Numbered from the stretch's first letter, positions 43,651 through 55,108 are shown. The stretch is DNA of 64,000 nucleotides from an uncultured Methanoregulaceae archaeon (GCA_963701095.1 OY969564.1:1568001-1632000), one strand, 5' to 3'. Notes: generated from the sequence alone by a model not told the origin. Made by a program: numbers and translations.

Positions 43651-44565
43651 ATGGAAGTCAACGGACCGAAAGTCAGTAGGTATTTAGAAAAGTTCATTGC
43701 CGGGCCTGATAAAAAGATCCGGCTAAAAAAATACGATACCAGCTGGGTTCAGCACGAGTCGCTCAAAAATAGAAGCGAAGAAGAGGCAAACGAATTCCTT
43801 AAAGACATTCTTGCAAAGGATCATAGAGAGCTTGCCGAGGTACAAGAGATATTAGCAGCATCTTGCAGACGCAGTATCCTAATCGTTATCCAAGGGATGG
43901 ATACCGCAGGAAAGGACGGTACAATCAAGCACGTAATGTCTGGTTTAAACCCTCAGGGCTGTGAAGTCCATTCGTTCAAAGTTCCCGGTACTGAGGATCA
44001 TGCGCATGATTTTTTGTGGAGATACGAAAAAGTGCTCCCGGAGCGTGGGATGATTGGCATATTTAACCGCTCCTATTACGAGGATGTACTCGTTGTCCAT
44101 GTGCATCCAGAGCGAATGGAAGATCTCCCTACGGAGATAGGACCTGGCGCGAAAGGGTTCTGGGAGGGAAGGTACAAAGATATCAACTCCTTTGAAAAAC
44201 ACCTTGTCAGGAATGGCACGGTTGTTCTGAAGTTTTTCCTCCATATCTCAAAGGATGAACAGAAACAACGCCTGATCGAAAGACTCAGCCAAAAAGAAAA
44301 ATACTGGAAGTTTTCTTTCTCGGATATTGCAGAAAGAAAGTACTGGGACCAGTACATGGCGGTCTATGAGGAGATGCTTGAGGCCACATCAACTGAGTTC
44401 GCCCCCTGGTTTATTGTTCCTGCAGATCACAAGTGGGCGGCCCGCACTTTAGTTGCCGAAGCGATCACTTCGGCTATTGCGGGACTGAACCTTTCGTATC
44501 CAGAATTCTCAGAGAATCAGATACGGTACTTTGCAGAAGCGAAAAAGCAACTTGAAGAAGAATAA
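43651..44565 (+). CDS. ppk2: Polyphosphate kinase 2 family (class III-like)
   Basis: QGMDTAGKDG, SFKVP, IFNRSYYEDVL, KFFLHIS, APW.IVPAD.KW. Confidence 0.92.
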   Translation: MEVNGPKVSRYLEKFIAGPDKKIRLKKYDTSWVQHESLKNRSEEEANEFLKDILAKDHRELAEVQEILAASCRRSILIVIQGMDTAGKDGTIKHVMSGLNPQGCEVHSFKVPGTEDHAHDFLWRYEKVLPERGMIGIFNRSYYEDVLVVHVHPERMEDLPTEIGPGAKGFWEGRYKDINSFEKHLVRNGTVVLKFFLHISKDEQKQRLIERLSQKEKYWKFSFSDIAERKYWDQYMAVYEEMLEATSTEFAPWFIVPADHKWAARTLVAEAITSAIAGLNLSYPEFSENQIRYFAEAKKQLEEE

Positions 44566-45387
44566 TTCGGCTCTGTAGAGACGCACATAATTCGAAGACT
44601 CATGCATGCATGATTAAAAAAAGTGGTGCCTTCACTGTAATTCCCAGTCACAGATCATGATGAGGATTGAGTCCCTGATCATACCAGACGATAATTCAAC
44701 AAACCTGATATGCCTATTTTTCAACATTATTGTGTTCTTCATTGTCTGTTTACATAAAATGGTAATGAGACGCAGTAATTTAGCTCTTTATGATGTTAGT
44801 ACGACCTTTTTAGATAGGTCTTCTCCAGAGCCCGAATTTCGCCTGTCCATTTGAAAGATTTACAACTGCCTGCAGGCATTTATCCGCTTAACGTAAAAGA
44901 TATGGATATACTCCAAATACTTGTTCAATACCACCCCATTGATTTTTGTCAAAGTTTCAAAACTGCATCTTTCATTTTCAAAAAAGAAAATACCGGCTCC
45001 AAGTTAAGGAAATCAGGGTTAATGTAATCTTCTGTAACCTCTCAAGATTCACGATGTCTTTTGTTATTCTGATTGTGGAAATCGGCATTTTAGATGGGTA
45101 TGCCAAAAACCGAGATCGTTGCATGCCGCGTGCTGAGGATCCGGATCTGATCCACAACAAGCAGCCCGCAGTATCCACATTCATCAATGATGACTGATCC
45201 ATTGTGCGCAATCTCCGCGATTTGGCTGTCACCGATTGCGACCGTATTTCCGTTCGGAGATTTCAAGCAAAGTGCGAGTGCCATCGTGAAGATCAGGATC
45301 GCTGTAGAGCCAAGGATCAAAAAGAGAGATCGCGAATACCTCCCATAAAATCCATTACCCTCCCCGTACCATTGTAATAGGATTTTG

Positions 45388-46680
45388 ATGCGTATTGCCA
45401 TACAATCAGTCACACCTGATACCGGTCACGCGGAAATATGCGGATGGGTTCACGAGGTCAGGGACCTTGGAGGACTCGCATTTTTTCTAATCCGTGACAG
45501 AACCGGGATCATCCAGGTGACTATACCGAAAAAGAAGGCATCCGAGGCAGTTCTTGCTTCTGCAAAGAAAGTTTCTCGGGAATCTGTTGTTAGGATTTCC
45601 GGAACAATAAAAGGCATGGAGAAGGCACCTGGCGGAAGAGAGATGGTTCCGGACACTTTTGAGATTATCAATCTTGCCGAAACGCCTCTCCCCCTTGACG
45701 TCTCTGAGAAAGTTAGTGCCGAACTCGATACACGTCTTGACGCGAGGTTTCTTGATGTCCGCCGGCCCCGTGTTGCTGCGGTCTTCCAGATTCGTAGCGC
45801 CGCGATGTACGCAGTCAGTACCTTTTTCCATAGAGAGGGATTCATTAGTATAACTACCCCAAAAGTTGTCGCCGCTGCGACTGAAGGCGGAACTGAACTT
45901 TTTCCTATTGCCTATTTTGATAAGGAGGCATTTCTTAACCAGAGTCCGCAGTTATACAAACAAATGATGATGGCGGGGGGGTTTGAAAAGGTCTGCGAGA
46001 TCGGTCCGATCTTCAGAGCTGAGGAGCACAACACTACCAAGCACCTCAACGAAGCCACAAGTATAGATATTGAGGTTTCGTACGCGGATCATTATGAAGT
46101 TATGGAAATTCTTGAGAACCTGATTGTCAAGACCTATGAATATGTGAAAAGGAGCTGTAGTGATCAGTTGGCAAACCTCGAATGCACTGATTTTGTGGTG
46201 CCCAAAACCCCATTTACCCGGTTGCCTTATCGAGATGCGATCGAAATTGCCCAGAAAAAAAGCAGCGAATCCATCAGGTTCGGCGATGACATTAGTGCTG
46301 CAGCAGAACATGCAATTGGTGACGAAATGGGAAGTCACTACTTTATCACAGACTGGCCAACCGAGATCCGCCCATACTATGCGATGCCATATGAAGACGA
46401 CCCCACTATCTGCAAAGCATTCGATCTGATGCATCCTAGAATGGAGCTCTCAAGCGGTGCCCAGCGGATCCACCAGTACGATCTTCTCGTTAGGCAAATC
46501 CAAAAGAAGGGCCTGAACCCAGATAGTTTTGAGTTCTACCTCCGACCGTTCAGGTACGGGATGCCACCACACGCCGGATGGGGGCTTGGCGCAGACCGGT
46601 TGATCATGACAATGCTCGGACTTTCAAATGTCCGTGAAGCCGTTCTGTTCCCACGTGACATGCATAGGCTTGTTCCATGA
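45388..46680 (+). CDS. aspS: Aspartate--tRNA(Asn/Asp) ligase, non-discriminating type
   Basis: [10 protein letters not shown] and KAPGG (His/Pro signature of ND-AspRS), [24 protein letters not shown]. Confidence 0.95.
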   Translation: MRIAIQSVTPDTGHAEICGWVHEVRDLGGLAFFLIRDRTGIIQVTIPKKKASEAVLASAKKVSRESVVRISGTIKGMEKAPGGREMVPDTFEIINLAETPLPLDVSEKVSAELDTRLDARFLDVRRPRVAAVFQIRSAAMYAVSTFFHREGFISITTPKVVAAATEGGTELFPIAYFDKEAFLNQSPQLYKQMMMAGGFEKVCEIGPIFRAEEHNTTKHLNEATSIDIEVSYADHYEVMEILENLIVKTYEYVKRSCSDQLANLECTDFVVPKTPFTRLPYRDAIEIAQKKSSESIRFGDDISAAAEHAIGDEMGSHYFITDWPTEIRPYYAMPYEDDPTICKAFDLMHPRMELSSGAQRIHQYDLLVRQIQKKGLNPDSFEFYLRPFRYGMPPHAGWGLGADRLIMTMLGLSNVREAVLFPRDMHRLVP

Positions 46681-47579
46681 AGGCATATTTCATAAACAAA
46701 GTTCTTGCTACTACGGTCGTCGGGAGTTATCCCGTTGTTAAAGGAACCGGTATTAAATCTTTTTTTGATCCTTTCGGACCTTCAGTTGAAACTGCAGTCT
46801 CCGATCAGATTTCTGCAGGTATCGACATTATTTCAGATGGTCAGGTCAGAGGAGACATGATCGGCGTATTTTCCGGCAAACTTCCGGGGATCAAGGGCCA
46901 GGACGTCATCGGAAAGATCGAATCAGCATCCAGGCCCATCACCGTCGCAGATACAAAATACGCACGATCAAAGTCACTGTACGTCAAGGGAATTATCACC
47001 GGTCCATCCACGCTTGCTCATGGACTCCATATCAGCTCATCAATGTACCGGAACCGGGAGGAACTTGTTCCGGATTTAGCAGCTGCACTAGCCACGGAAG
47101 CCCGTTATCTTGAGGCTGTCGGAATAACGCTCCTCCAGATTGATGAGCCTATTTTCTCAACAGGAATTGCCGACCTCGCTATTGGAAAACAGGCAATCGA
47201 GCTAATAACCAGCTCTCTTAAAATCCCCAGCTGCATGCATGTCTGCGGTAACCTCGCAAACACTATCGACGATATCCTCAAGATTAACGTAAACGTGCTT
47301 GATTTCGAGTTTTCGAAAAATCCCGCAAACCTCGAACTTTTCGGGTCCCGGGATCTTGCCGGCCGTATGATTGGGTATGGCTGTATCGATTCGAGTGCAG
47401 AAAAAGTTGAATCAACAAATGAAATTAAGAAGCGGATTGAGAAAGGAGTCGATGTTTTCGGAGCACGGGCGATGCTCGTCGATCCCGATTGCGGTCTGCG
47501 GATGCGATCGCGGGAATCCGCATTTTGGAAACTCAAAAACATGGCGGAGGCAGCAAAAGAAGTCCGGCTCGCGCTATAA
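46677..47579 (+). CDS. Core (C-terminal-domain-only) methionine synthase, MesA-like
   Basis: TTVVGSYP, SDGQ.R, QIDEP, MHVCG, DPDCGL Zn ligands; 300 aa with no N-terminal folate domain. Confidence 0.88.
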   Translation: MKAYFINKVLATTVVGSYPVVKGTGIKSFFDPFGPSVETAVSDQISAGIDIISDGQVRGDMIGVFSGKLPGIKGQDVIGKIESASRPITVADTKYARSKSLYVKGIITGPSTLAHGLHISSSMYRNREELVPDLAAALATEARYLEAVGITLLQIDEPIFSTGIADLAIGKQAIELITSSLKIPSCMHVCGNLANTIDDILKINVNVLDFEFSKNPANLELFGSRDLAGRMIGYGCIDSSAEKVESTNEIKKRIEKGVDVFGARAMLVDPDCGLRMRSRESAFWKLKNMAEAAKEVRLAL

Positions 47580-47610
47580 GATTATGACAAAATAAAAAAA
47601 AAGATCTTTT

Positions 47611-48231
47611 CTATACGACTCTTGATGTTGTCGATGCTTCAATTCCGCGATCTGTGATAATAAAGGGCAGAAGACGCTGGGGAGCAGCAGAATCACGTAT
47701 CTTGTGCACGGCAAGCGTCCGCTCGATCTCACTCTGGTGAATTTCCGTTTTGAGTTCAAGCACAATATCGGAGGCACGCATGATCCGTGTCATTTCGACC
47801 GGTGAATGGACATTGGTATAGACAATAACCATAAGATTGGAACTGCGTTCCTTCATCAGTTCGCGTGCATTCCGTAGAAATTTAAGCGCGACGTCTATCC
47901 CATATTTTATGATGATTGTCGAAAGTGAATCGATAACGATTCTTCCCCCAACCATCTGGGGAAGATACATTTCAGGGTGTATTTCTGACACATCCTGCAT
48001 GCCGTTTTCAACATCCCCGTCATTCATAAGGTAGGTACCTTCTTCTCCTTCAACCTTCCAGAACTGAACTGCCGCAAGATCAACCCCTGCAAGCGGCGAA
48101 CCATATACCATTATAACAGAGCCCGTAGGAAATCCACCATCTAAAAGAAGGTTGAGCCCGACTATACCGGTAGACCTCTTCTTGGGCTTGCCGCTTATCG
48201 GAATATCAACGATTTGGCTTTTTGTATCCAC
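47611..48231 (-). CDS. RAD55/KaiC-like RecA-superfamily protein with degenerate Walker A
   Basis: STGIVGLNLLLDGGFP, GSPLAGVD, RIVIDSLS, R.L.VHKIR. Confidence 0.8.
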   Translation of the reverse strand: MDTKSQIVDIPISGKPKKRSTGIVGLNLLLDGGFPTGSVIMVYGSPLAGVDLAAVQFWKVEGEEGTYLMNDGDVENGMQDVSEIHPEMYLPQMVGGRIVIDSLSTIIIKYGIDVALKFLRNARELMKERSSNLMVIVYTNVHSPVEMTRIMRASDIVLELKTEIHQSEIERTLAVHKIRDSAAPQRLLPFIITDRGIEASTTSRVV

Positions 48232-48319
48232 GATTATATGCTCCGTTTAATATCATTAAGAAAACATTAAAAGGTTTTCGGGAATGATTCGATTTTCTCG
48301 CAGAATATTCGCGTCACCC

Positions 48320-49873
48320 TCATTCGGCAGTTATCTGGTTGAATTTTTCACGCAGTGTGCGGCGCAGGAGCTTCCAACCATGCACCCGGGGAAGATCATC
48401 AACGATGATGAGTCTTCGCGGGACCTTGTAGCCTGCAAGGTGTCTGCCGCAGAATGATTCAAACTCTGTTTCAGAGAGCGTAGTGCCGACTTTTAAGACA
48501 ACAGCAGCAACGGGGGATTCTCCTTTTCTTTCATCGGGAATGCCAAATACTGCGACATCTGCAACAGCCGGGTGCTGAACAATTACGTTTTCCACCTCGG
48601 TCGGGTAAATTTTCCATCCCGACATTATGATCATGTCTTTTTTCCGGTCGGTGATATAGAGAATACCATCCTTATCCATGTAACCTATATCGCCGGTCAA
48701 AAACCACCCATCGTTTCTGAACACTGCGTCGGTCGCTTCGGGTAAATTCCAATATCCCTTGGCAACAGATGGGCCCCGAAGTGCTATTTCTCCAATTTGC
48801 TCAAAAGAAAGCTCTTTTTCCGGATCGTCTGCATCTACAATCCTAACTTCAGTGTATCCCACTGCGACACCAACGCTTTGGTAGTTCCGGGTAAGTGCCG
48901 GGTATTCAGGTAATGTGGTTGTTCCTGATCCGATTACGATTGTCTCTGAGAGTCCGTACGAGTTTGCAACCGGTATATGGTACCGCTTATCGAACGCTTC
49001 CCAGACCGAAGGCAGAAGCTGACCACCTCCCGATATGATAACCCGTACCGTGCGGAGGAACTTTTCTGTTCCCGGATCACTATGGGTGAGCGTGTGAATG
49101 ACCGGTGGCATAGCGGCAAGAACGGTCACCTTGAACTTTTCTGCAAATTGGAGGTATTCCCGCGCATTGAAACGCTCCATCATTACAAAAGTTCCTCCGG
49201 CACGCAGGATCGCAAGTCCCCATGACAACCCCACATGCCCCATAGGGTAAATACCGAGATACACATCGTCCGGCCTAAGCCGGAGGGCTTCACGCTCGGC
49301 ATCAAGTGCGGTCATCCAATTCCCATGGCTGAGCATAGCACCTTTTGGTTTTCCGGTAGTCCCAGCTGTGTATTGGATGTGACAAAGGTCGTCGAACGCG
49401 CAATTGGCAGCTCTCATCGATGCAGGGGCCGGGGGAAATGCCCACCATGCAACTACTCCGTGTCCGGGGTCGGTTCCTTCATCGGCCACACAAATGACGG
49501 TCTCAAGGACCGCAGCTTTTTGTACTTCTGTTACGACATTTATCCCTCGAATATCGGTAATAATAGCACGAGCCCCGGCATCGCTTACCGCATGGTGCAG
49601 TTCATCTGCCCGGTATACGATGTTCGTGGGGACAGCAACAGCACCGATCCGCCAGATTGCAAAGTAGCTGATAAGGTATTCAGGCGAACTATCGAGGTAA
49701 ATACAGACACGATCCCCTTTTCCTATGCCAAGACAGGACAGCCCGTATCCAATGCGATTCGTCTCCGAACGAAGTTCTTTAAAACTATAGGTCTTGTCAC
49801 GGGATGGGCAGACAAGCGCCGCTTTTGCCTCAGGTACACTTTTTGCATCAAGGAGCGTGGTAACGTTGGACAT
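48320..49873 (-). CDS. Acyl-CoA synthetase (AMP-forming)
   Basis: YTAGTTGKPKG, YGLSET, TGD, DRKKD, EVE. Confidence 0.9.
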   Translation of the reverse strand: MSNVTTLLDAKSVPEAKAALVCPSRDKTYSFKELRSETNRIGYGLSCLGIGKGDRVCIYLDSSPEYLISYFAIWRIGAVAVPTNIVYRADELHHAVSDAGARAIITDIRGINVVTEVQKAAVLETVICVADEGTDPGHGVVAWWAFPPAPASMRAANCAFDDLCHIQYTAGTTGKPKGAMLSHGNWMTALDAEREALRLRPDDVYLGIYPMGHVGLSWGLAILRAGGTFVMMERFNAREYLQFAEKFKVTVLAAMPPVIHTLTHSDPGTEKFLRTVRVIISGGGQLLPSVWEAFDKRYHIPVANSYGLSETIVIGSGTTTLPEYPALTRNYQSVGVAVGYTEVRIVDADDPEKELSFEQIGEIALRGPSVAKGYWNLPEATDAVFRNDGWFLTGDIGYMDKDGILYITDRKKDMIIMSGWKIYPTEVENVIVQHPAVADVAVFGIPDERKGESPVAAVVLKVGTTLSETEFESFCGRHLAGYKVPRRLIIVDDLPRVHGWKLLRRTLREKFNQITAE

Positions 49874-50027
49874 ATCTGACAGAATGATCTGATGATACGA
49901 ATGAGACCTTGATGTATTTAGGTGTTGATTTGTTGTACCGGTCATGTAATAGTGGAAGACACCCGGTGCACACCGCAATTTTGTAATAATTGTTCACCTA
50001 ATGTAATCGTAGTGGACGAGTGCAAAT

Positions 50028-50588
50028 ATGGCGGACATTCGGAATTTTATCGGATTTGCGCAGAATGAGACTTTAATCAAGGAATATGATGGCCTACGGA
50101 TGTACTATCCGGTGAGGGCCAAGATTGGCCTTGCCGCCACAAGCAAACGATTTATTGCATATTCGACAGTAAAAAGTTTCTTCGATATACGAACAGAATC
50201 ACTCTACCAGCAAGTAAATATCTCAGACATCAGGGGTATAGGTGTTGTACAATCCAAGCGATATCGCACCATACCGTTTGTTTTAGGATTTATTCTTATG
50301 CTGGCTGGCATCCTCCTCGCGGTTTTCGGTCTCGCCGGGAACATCTTTCTTGAGGCTGCAGGTGTTGCGTGCGTCGTTGCCGGAATTATATTGATTCTGA
50401 TCGGGTTTCTCTGGAAGAAGAACTTGTTCCGTTTCGAGATCTGGGGTAATGCCTGGATTCTCTCTCTTGGTGAATTCGATACTATCCGGCCTAAAACCAT
50501 TGCGGGCCCTGACCTTCTCAAAGTTGTCGAGGAATTGGGGGCAATAATTATAGAGATTCAGGAAGGTACTCTTTACGGGGGAGCGTAG
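50028..50588 (+). CDS. Hypothetical membrane protein
   Basis: Two central TM helices. Confidence 0.7.
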   Translation: MADIRNFIGFAQNETLIKEYDGLRMYYPVRAKIGLAATSKRFIAYSTVKSFFDIRTESLYQQVNISDIRGIGVVQSKRYRTIPFVLGFILMLAGILLAVFGLAGNIFLEAAGVACVVAGIILILIGFLWKKNLFRFEIWGNAWILSLGEFDTIRPKTIAGPDLLKVVEELGAIIIEIQEGTLYGGA

Positions 50589-50693
50589 ACTCAATATCTT
50601 GTCAAAGGGATTCTCCTAGAAAATGAGGGAGACTATTCCGGGCAGCAAACAATAAGTTTTTCTGCATTCTGACATGTATGATAACTGATATCT

Positions 50694-50957
50694 ATGGCTG
50701 AGGAAACGCATCAGGAACAACCTCCCCGCCAGCATAATGATGGGGATACCAATCATCGGAACATACGGGAGCACCATAACCAGCGTCCAGTGCAGGAGCA
50801 GCGACCGCAGGAACTTCCCGGTGAAAATCTTGATGCTGCTGAAGATGAAGAAGAACGCGGAGAGTCTCGGCGTCGGTCACATAGCGGGGGTCATCGCGGA
50901 GGCAGGCCGGTGAAAAAAGTATATGAAGAATGGGCAAATGATCCCTATTGCGAATAA
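50694..50957 (+). CDS. Small hypothetical protein, mostly low-complexity
   Basis: 87 aa filling the intergenic space; Q/H/E/R-rich with C-terminal KKVYEEWANDPYCE. Confidence 0.6.
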   Translation: MAEETHQEQPPRQHNDGDTNHRNIREHHNQRPVQEQRPQELPGENLDAAEDEEERGESRRRSHSGGHRGGRPVKKVYEEWANDPYCE

Positions 50958-50983
50958 CCGATAAATAATAACCTTTCTCCCGT

Positions 50984-51394
50984 TTATTCCGGTCTTATAA
51001 AATTCCTGATAACTTTCTCCCGGATCGCTTCCTTAGGATATGCCCCAATCACCCGGTCGACCATCTTCCCATGAGAAAAGAAAACAATATTCGGGATCGC
51101 TGATATATTGAGTTGCATTGCCAGTTGCTGGTTCTCATCTGTATTACATTTTCCAAACGTAACCTTACCGGCAAATTCCTGAGCAAGTTCCTCTATCACA
51201 GGTCCTACTCTCCGGCAAGGACCGCACCATTCAGCCCAGAAATCAATGATAAGTGCCTGATGGGTACGGAGAATATCATTGATGTGTTGTTCGTCGATTT
51301 GGATAACACTTCCCGAAACGCCTTGGTGCTCCATCTTCTCTTTAAGTGCAGCCATTCGTTTCTCGCGGATTTCGTTGAGTTCATTATCGTCCAT
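50984..51394 (-). CDS. trxA: Thioredoxin
   Basis: DFWAEWCGPC, cis-Pro motif SAIP. Confidence 0.93.
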   Translation of the reverse strand: MDDNELNEIREKRMAALKEKMEHQGVSGSVIQIDEQHINDILRTHQALIIDFWAEWCGPCRRVGPVIEELAQEFAGKVTFGKCNTDENQQLAMQLNISAIPNIVFFSHGKMVDRVIGAYPKEAIREKVIRNFIRPE

Positions 51395-51512
51395 AGTTGT
51401 GAATAATGCATCACTGCTAATTGAAGATAGCGAACAGCACAGATTTCCGGCCTATCCTTTGAGTAAAGTTTATCTGCGGGTGTCGTCTATATAATTACCC
51501 TGATTAACCAGC

Positions 51513-51587
51513 AGCGAGGTAGGGTAGTCAGGATATCCCGACGGGCTCATAACCCGTAGATCGATGGTTCAAATCCATCCCTCGCTA
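51513..51587 (+). tRNA. Initiator tRNA-Met(CAT)
   Basis: A1-U72 pair, three consecutive G-C pairs in the anticodon stem (GGG CTCATAA CCC), TTCAAAT T-loop; TATATAAT about 20 nt upstream. Confidence 0.93.
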
Positions 51588-51731
51588 CTTCTTCTTTTCA
51601 ATCGATACCTTCATGAAATTCCAGTATTGTACCGGATTCGATCAACCCTCAGTTCTTAAAACTACAAAAAATAAACCACCGAAATTGATTTTGATCGATT
51701 CCGGTTGGGAATCTAATATCCTGACCCCTTG

Positions 51732-52409
51732 TCAGACTTTTCGAGCTACGGTTACAATAAAAGTCCGGTTCTTATAGATGACGTCCACATCAGAAAAACC
51801 GGCTTCATGAAGCCATGCTAGCTGGACTGAGAGCTTCTCGTTTTTGTCGAGTGCATCCCGGCGTTTCAGGATTTCCATCTGTTCGATGAGAGTAAGTGGC
51901 CCGGTCCTCAGGAAATCATCCCAGTAATCACGACACATTTCAGTAAAATATGGCGTTTCTCCTTCGGCCTGGTCAGCATTGACAAAGATTCCACCAGGTG
52001 AGAGAGCTTCGTAGATCCGCCCAAAGAGCCGGCGCTTGTCACCTGAATCAAGGTGATGAATCGAGAGCGAGGAGCAGATCAGATCGTAATGACCACCCAA
52101 TTCCACCTGTGAATAATCCCCGATCTGGAAGAAAACATTTTTCCTGCTTTTAAACCGCTCCCTTGCAACGGCAAGCATTTTTTCCGAAATATCGAGAAGG
52201 GTGATCGTGGAGGCAGGATATTTTTCAAGAAGGAGGGCGCTCAAAAGGCCAGTTCCTGCCCCGATGTCGAGGATTGCAGGGACATTCCGCGGGCTCTCTG
52301 CCGCCCAGACTGCAGCATCGTAATAGTCCCGCATATCGGGGATGATGAACTCTCGCTGTGAATCGTACACTGTCGCAACTGCATCAAAAGCTTTTCTGAT
52401 ATGTTCCAT
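51732..52409 (-). CDS. Class I SAM-dependent methyltransferase
   Basis: ILDIGAGTG, SSLSIHHL, L.PGGIFVNAD. Confidence 0.88.
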   Translation of the reverse strand: MEHIRKAFDAVATVYDSQREFIIPDMRDYYDAAVWAAESPRNVPAILDIGAGTGLLSALLLEKYPASTITLLDISEKMLAVARERFKSRKNVFFQIGDYSQVELGGHYDLICSSLSIHHLDSGDKRRLFGRIYEALSPGGIFVNADQAEGETPYFTEMCRDYWDDFLRTGPLTLIEQMEILKRRDALDKNEKLSVQLAWLHEAGFSDVDVIYKNRTFIVTVARKV

Positions 52410-52537
52410 GATCCCCCTAGTACAAACCTGTCAGCACATGATATTAGGTAATATACACCGGATTTGCCGGTACTGGTAAAAAAGTACGGTGCTGCGACAT
52501 GAATTGAACTGAAAGAGGAGAGGGAAACAAATCCTTA

Positions 52538-53968
52538 TTAAGTAGTCTCTGCCTCAAACGATTCGAGGCGGGACTGGAACGTTCCATCCAAAAAATCAAT
52601 ATGCCGGGGGTTCGCAGTTTCGCCATCTATGGGCAATGGATAGCAGCCGGTAAGGCATCCTGTGCATAGATCACCGCGATCAAACCCGATTGCTTTTACA
52701 AGAGCATCCAATGAAATGTGGTGGAGTGATGTTGCCGTAATTGACCGGCGGACATCGTCTTCCACTTTATCACTTGCAATCAGCTCCTTTCTTGTCGGCA
52801 TATCTACCCCAAGATAACAGGGGGATTTAATCGCTGGAGATCCTATCCGCATATGAACCTCCCTGGCACCTGCATCCCTCATCATTTCGATAATTCGTTT
52901 TGAGGTTGTACCACGAACGATACTATCATCGACAAGGACAACCGATTTTCCCCGTAGATGAGCAGGGATGGGATTAAGTTTGATTCTGACTGCTCGTTCT
53001 CGTTCTTTTTGCGTGGGCATGATGAATGTCCGGCCCATGTAACGATTCTTCATGAGACTTTCGACGAATGGGATCCGGGATCCTTCAGCGTAACCGATTG
53101 CATACGCTGTACCGGAATCAGGCACTGAACAGACCGAATCCGCAGCAACTGGTGCCTCCTCATGAAGTTTCTGGCCGATGATCCGTCGTACATCATACAC
53201 AAGTACCCCATCGATGATCGCATCTGCCCGGGCAAAATAGATGTATTCGAAAATACAATGGGCGCGGCGACCGGCAACGGCTACTTGCGTACACCGGACC
53301 CCATCGTTATCCATCCGGATCAATTCGCCGGGCTTAACATCCCGCAGGAATCGTCCGCCAAGTGCATCAATTGCGACACTTTCTGAGGCCACGATATACC
53401 CGTTCTCGATCTTTCCAAGACAGAATGGCTTTATGCCGAGAGGATCGCGGAATGCGTAAATGACGCCATCGATCATAATAACGACCGAGTAAGAACCCTC
53501 CATCCGCTTCATGCAGAGGTGAACAGCATCTTCCACGCTGCCTGATACGCTGATCTCTCCGATTAAAATCTTCGCAATAATTTCTGTATCGGTAGTTGTA
53601 GTAAAAATCTGGCCTGCCTCTTCGTACTCCCGCCTGAGTTCGGAGGTGTTAACCAGATTCCCGTTGTGGGCAACCGAGATAAAATGATTCTGAAACTGGA
53701 AGTTGAGGGGCTGAATGTTTTCCGGAAGATTTGCACCTGTCGTTGGATAACGTACATGACCAATACCTGCTGTTCCTTTAAGATCTTTTAAAATAGCGGG
53801 GGAGAAAACGTCTGCAACAAGTCCCTGTCCTTTGAATTTACAGAGACTTGTCCCGTCAAACGTTGATATACCGGCGCTCTCTTGGCCACGATGCTGGAGA
53901 GCATACATGGCATAATAGAGCTGGATGGACACACCGCCAGCATCGACGATGCCAACGATACCACACAT
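52538..53968 (-). CDS. purF: Amidophosphoribosyltransferase
   Basis: MCGIVG, LQHRGQESAG, VLVDDSIVRGTT, Fe-S Cys motifs. Confidence 0.97.
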   Translation of the reverse strand: MCGIVGIVDAGGVSIQLYYAMYALQHRGQESAGISTFDGTSLCKFKGQGLVADVFSPAILKDLKGTAGIGHVRYPTTGANLPENIQPLNFQFQNHFISVAHNGNLVNTSELRREYEEAGQIFTTTTDTEIIAKILIGEISVSGSVEDAVHLCMKRMEGSYSVVIMIDGVIYAFRDPLGIKPFCLGKIENGYIVASESVAIDALGGRFLRDVKPGELIRMDNDGVRCTQVAVAGRRAHCIFEYIYFARADAIIDGVLVYDVRRIIGQKLHEEAPVAADSVCSVPDSGTAYAIGYAEGSRIPFVESLMKNRYMGRTFIMPTQKERERAVRIKLNPIPAHLRGKSVVLVDDSIVRGTTSKRIIEMMRDAGAREVHMRIGSPAIKSPCYLGVDMPTRKELIASDKVEDDVRRSITATSLHHISLDALVKAIGFDRGDLCTGCLTGCYPLPIDGETANPRHIDFLDGTFQSRLESFEAETT

Positions 53969-53977
53969 GGTACTACT

Positions 53978-54160
53978 CTAATGCGTCGGGATTTTTGGTC
54001 GCTTGGTGTGCCACTTGAAACTTTGCATCTTAGTACTTCTGCCGAACCCACAGGCAGAGCAGACTTTTTTCTGGGCATGGAACGAGATCTTACCACAGCG
54101 CCGGCAGGCGATATGGGTCATCTTGTTCATCTTTCCCATTGACGGAGTGCCTTTTGACAT
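53978..54160 (-). CDS. rpl37e: 50S ribosomal protein L37e
   Basis: KGTPSMGK...THI.CRRCG..SFH....CSACGFG. Confidence 0.95.
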   Translation of the reverse strand: MSKGTPSMGKMNKMTHIACRRCGKISFHAQKKVCSACGFGRSTKMQSFKWHTKRPKIPTH

Positions 54161-54171
54161 AGTATTTCACC

Positions 54172-54576
<405 letters not shown>

Positions 54577-54610
54577 TTAGTCGTTGCCCGAGAGATTGTA
54601 AAAATGAAGC

Positions 54611-55108
54611 ATGAAAAAAATTATCGTAAAAAAACGTCATTCTATCCGGAAAAGCCAGGCCCAGGATTTGCTGGACAAGCTCGCTCTCCAGATCGGCGCG
54701 TCAACGAAACTCTTCCATACCGAAACAATTGAAATCCTGGAAACAAATGCTGATGTCACCGTTTTCCTGGTGAACAAAAAACCACTTTTGATGGACACGG
54801 GTACATGGGTTTTTCCCACATTACGGGGAGCGGTCCAGTGCCCGTTTCCAGAACGTATGATCACCGTCGATGCCGGTGCAATCCCGTTTGTCGTGAACGG
54901 GGCAGACGTAATGCGGCCGGGAATCGTAGCAGTCAGTGATGATGTAATCGCGGGGGGGCCTGTTCAGATTGTCGATGAACGACACAAAAAGCCTCTCGCC
55001 ATCGGAGTTGCACTTATGGATGGGGCTAAAATCCGGATGAGCGCAGCCGGTAAAATGTGCAAGAATTTTCATCACGTCGGCGATGAGCTCTGGAATCTTG
55101 AACTTTAA
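54611..55108 (+). CDS. PUA-domain RNA-binding protein (Tma20/MCT-1-like)
   Basis: FPTL, VDAGAIPFVVNGADVMRPGI, HHVGDELW. Confidence 0.88.
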   Translation: MKKIIVKKRHSIRKSQAQDLLDKLALQIGASTKLFHTETIEILETNADVTVFLVNKKPLLMDTGTWVFPTLRGAVQCPFPERMITVDAGAIPFVVNGADVMRPGIVAVSDDVIAGGPVQIVDERHKKPLAIGVALMDGAKIRMSAAGKMCKNFHHVGDELWNLEL

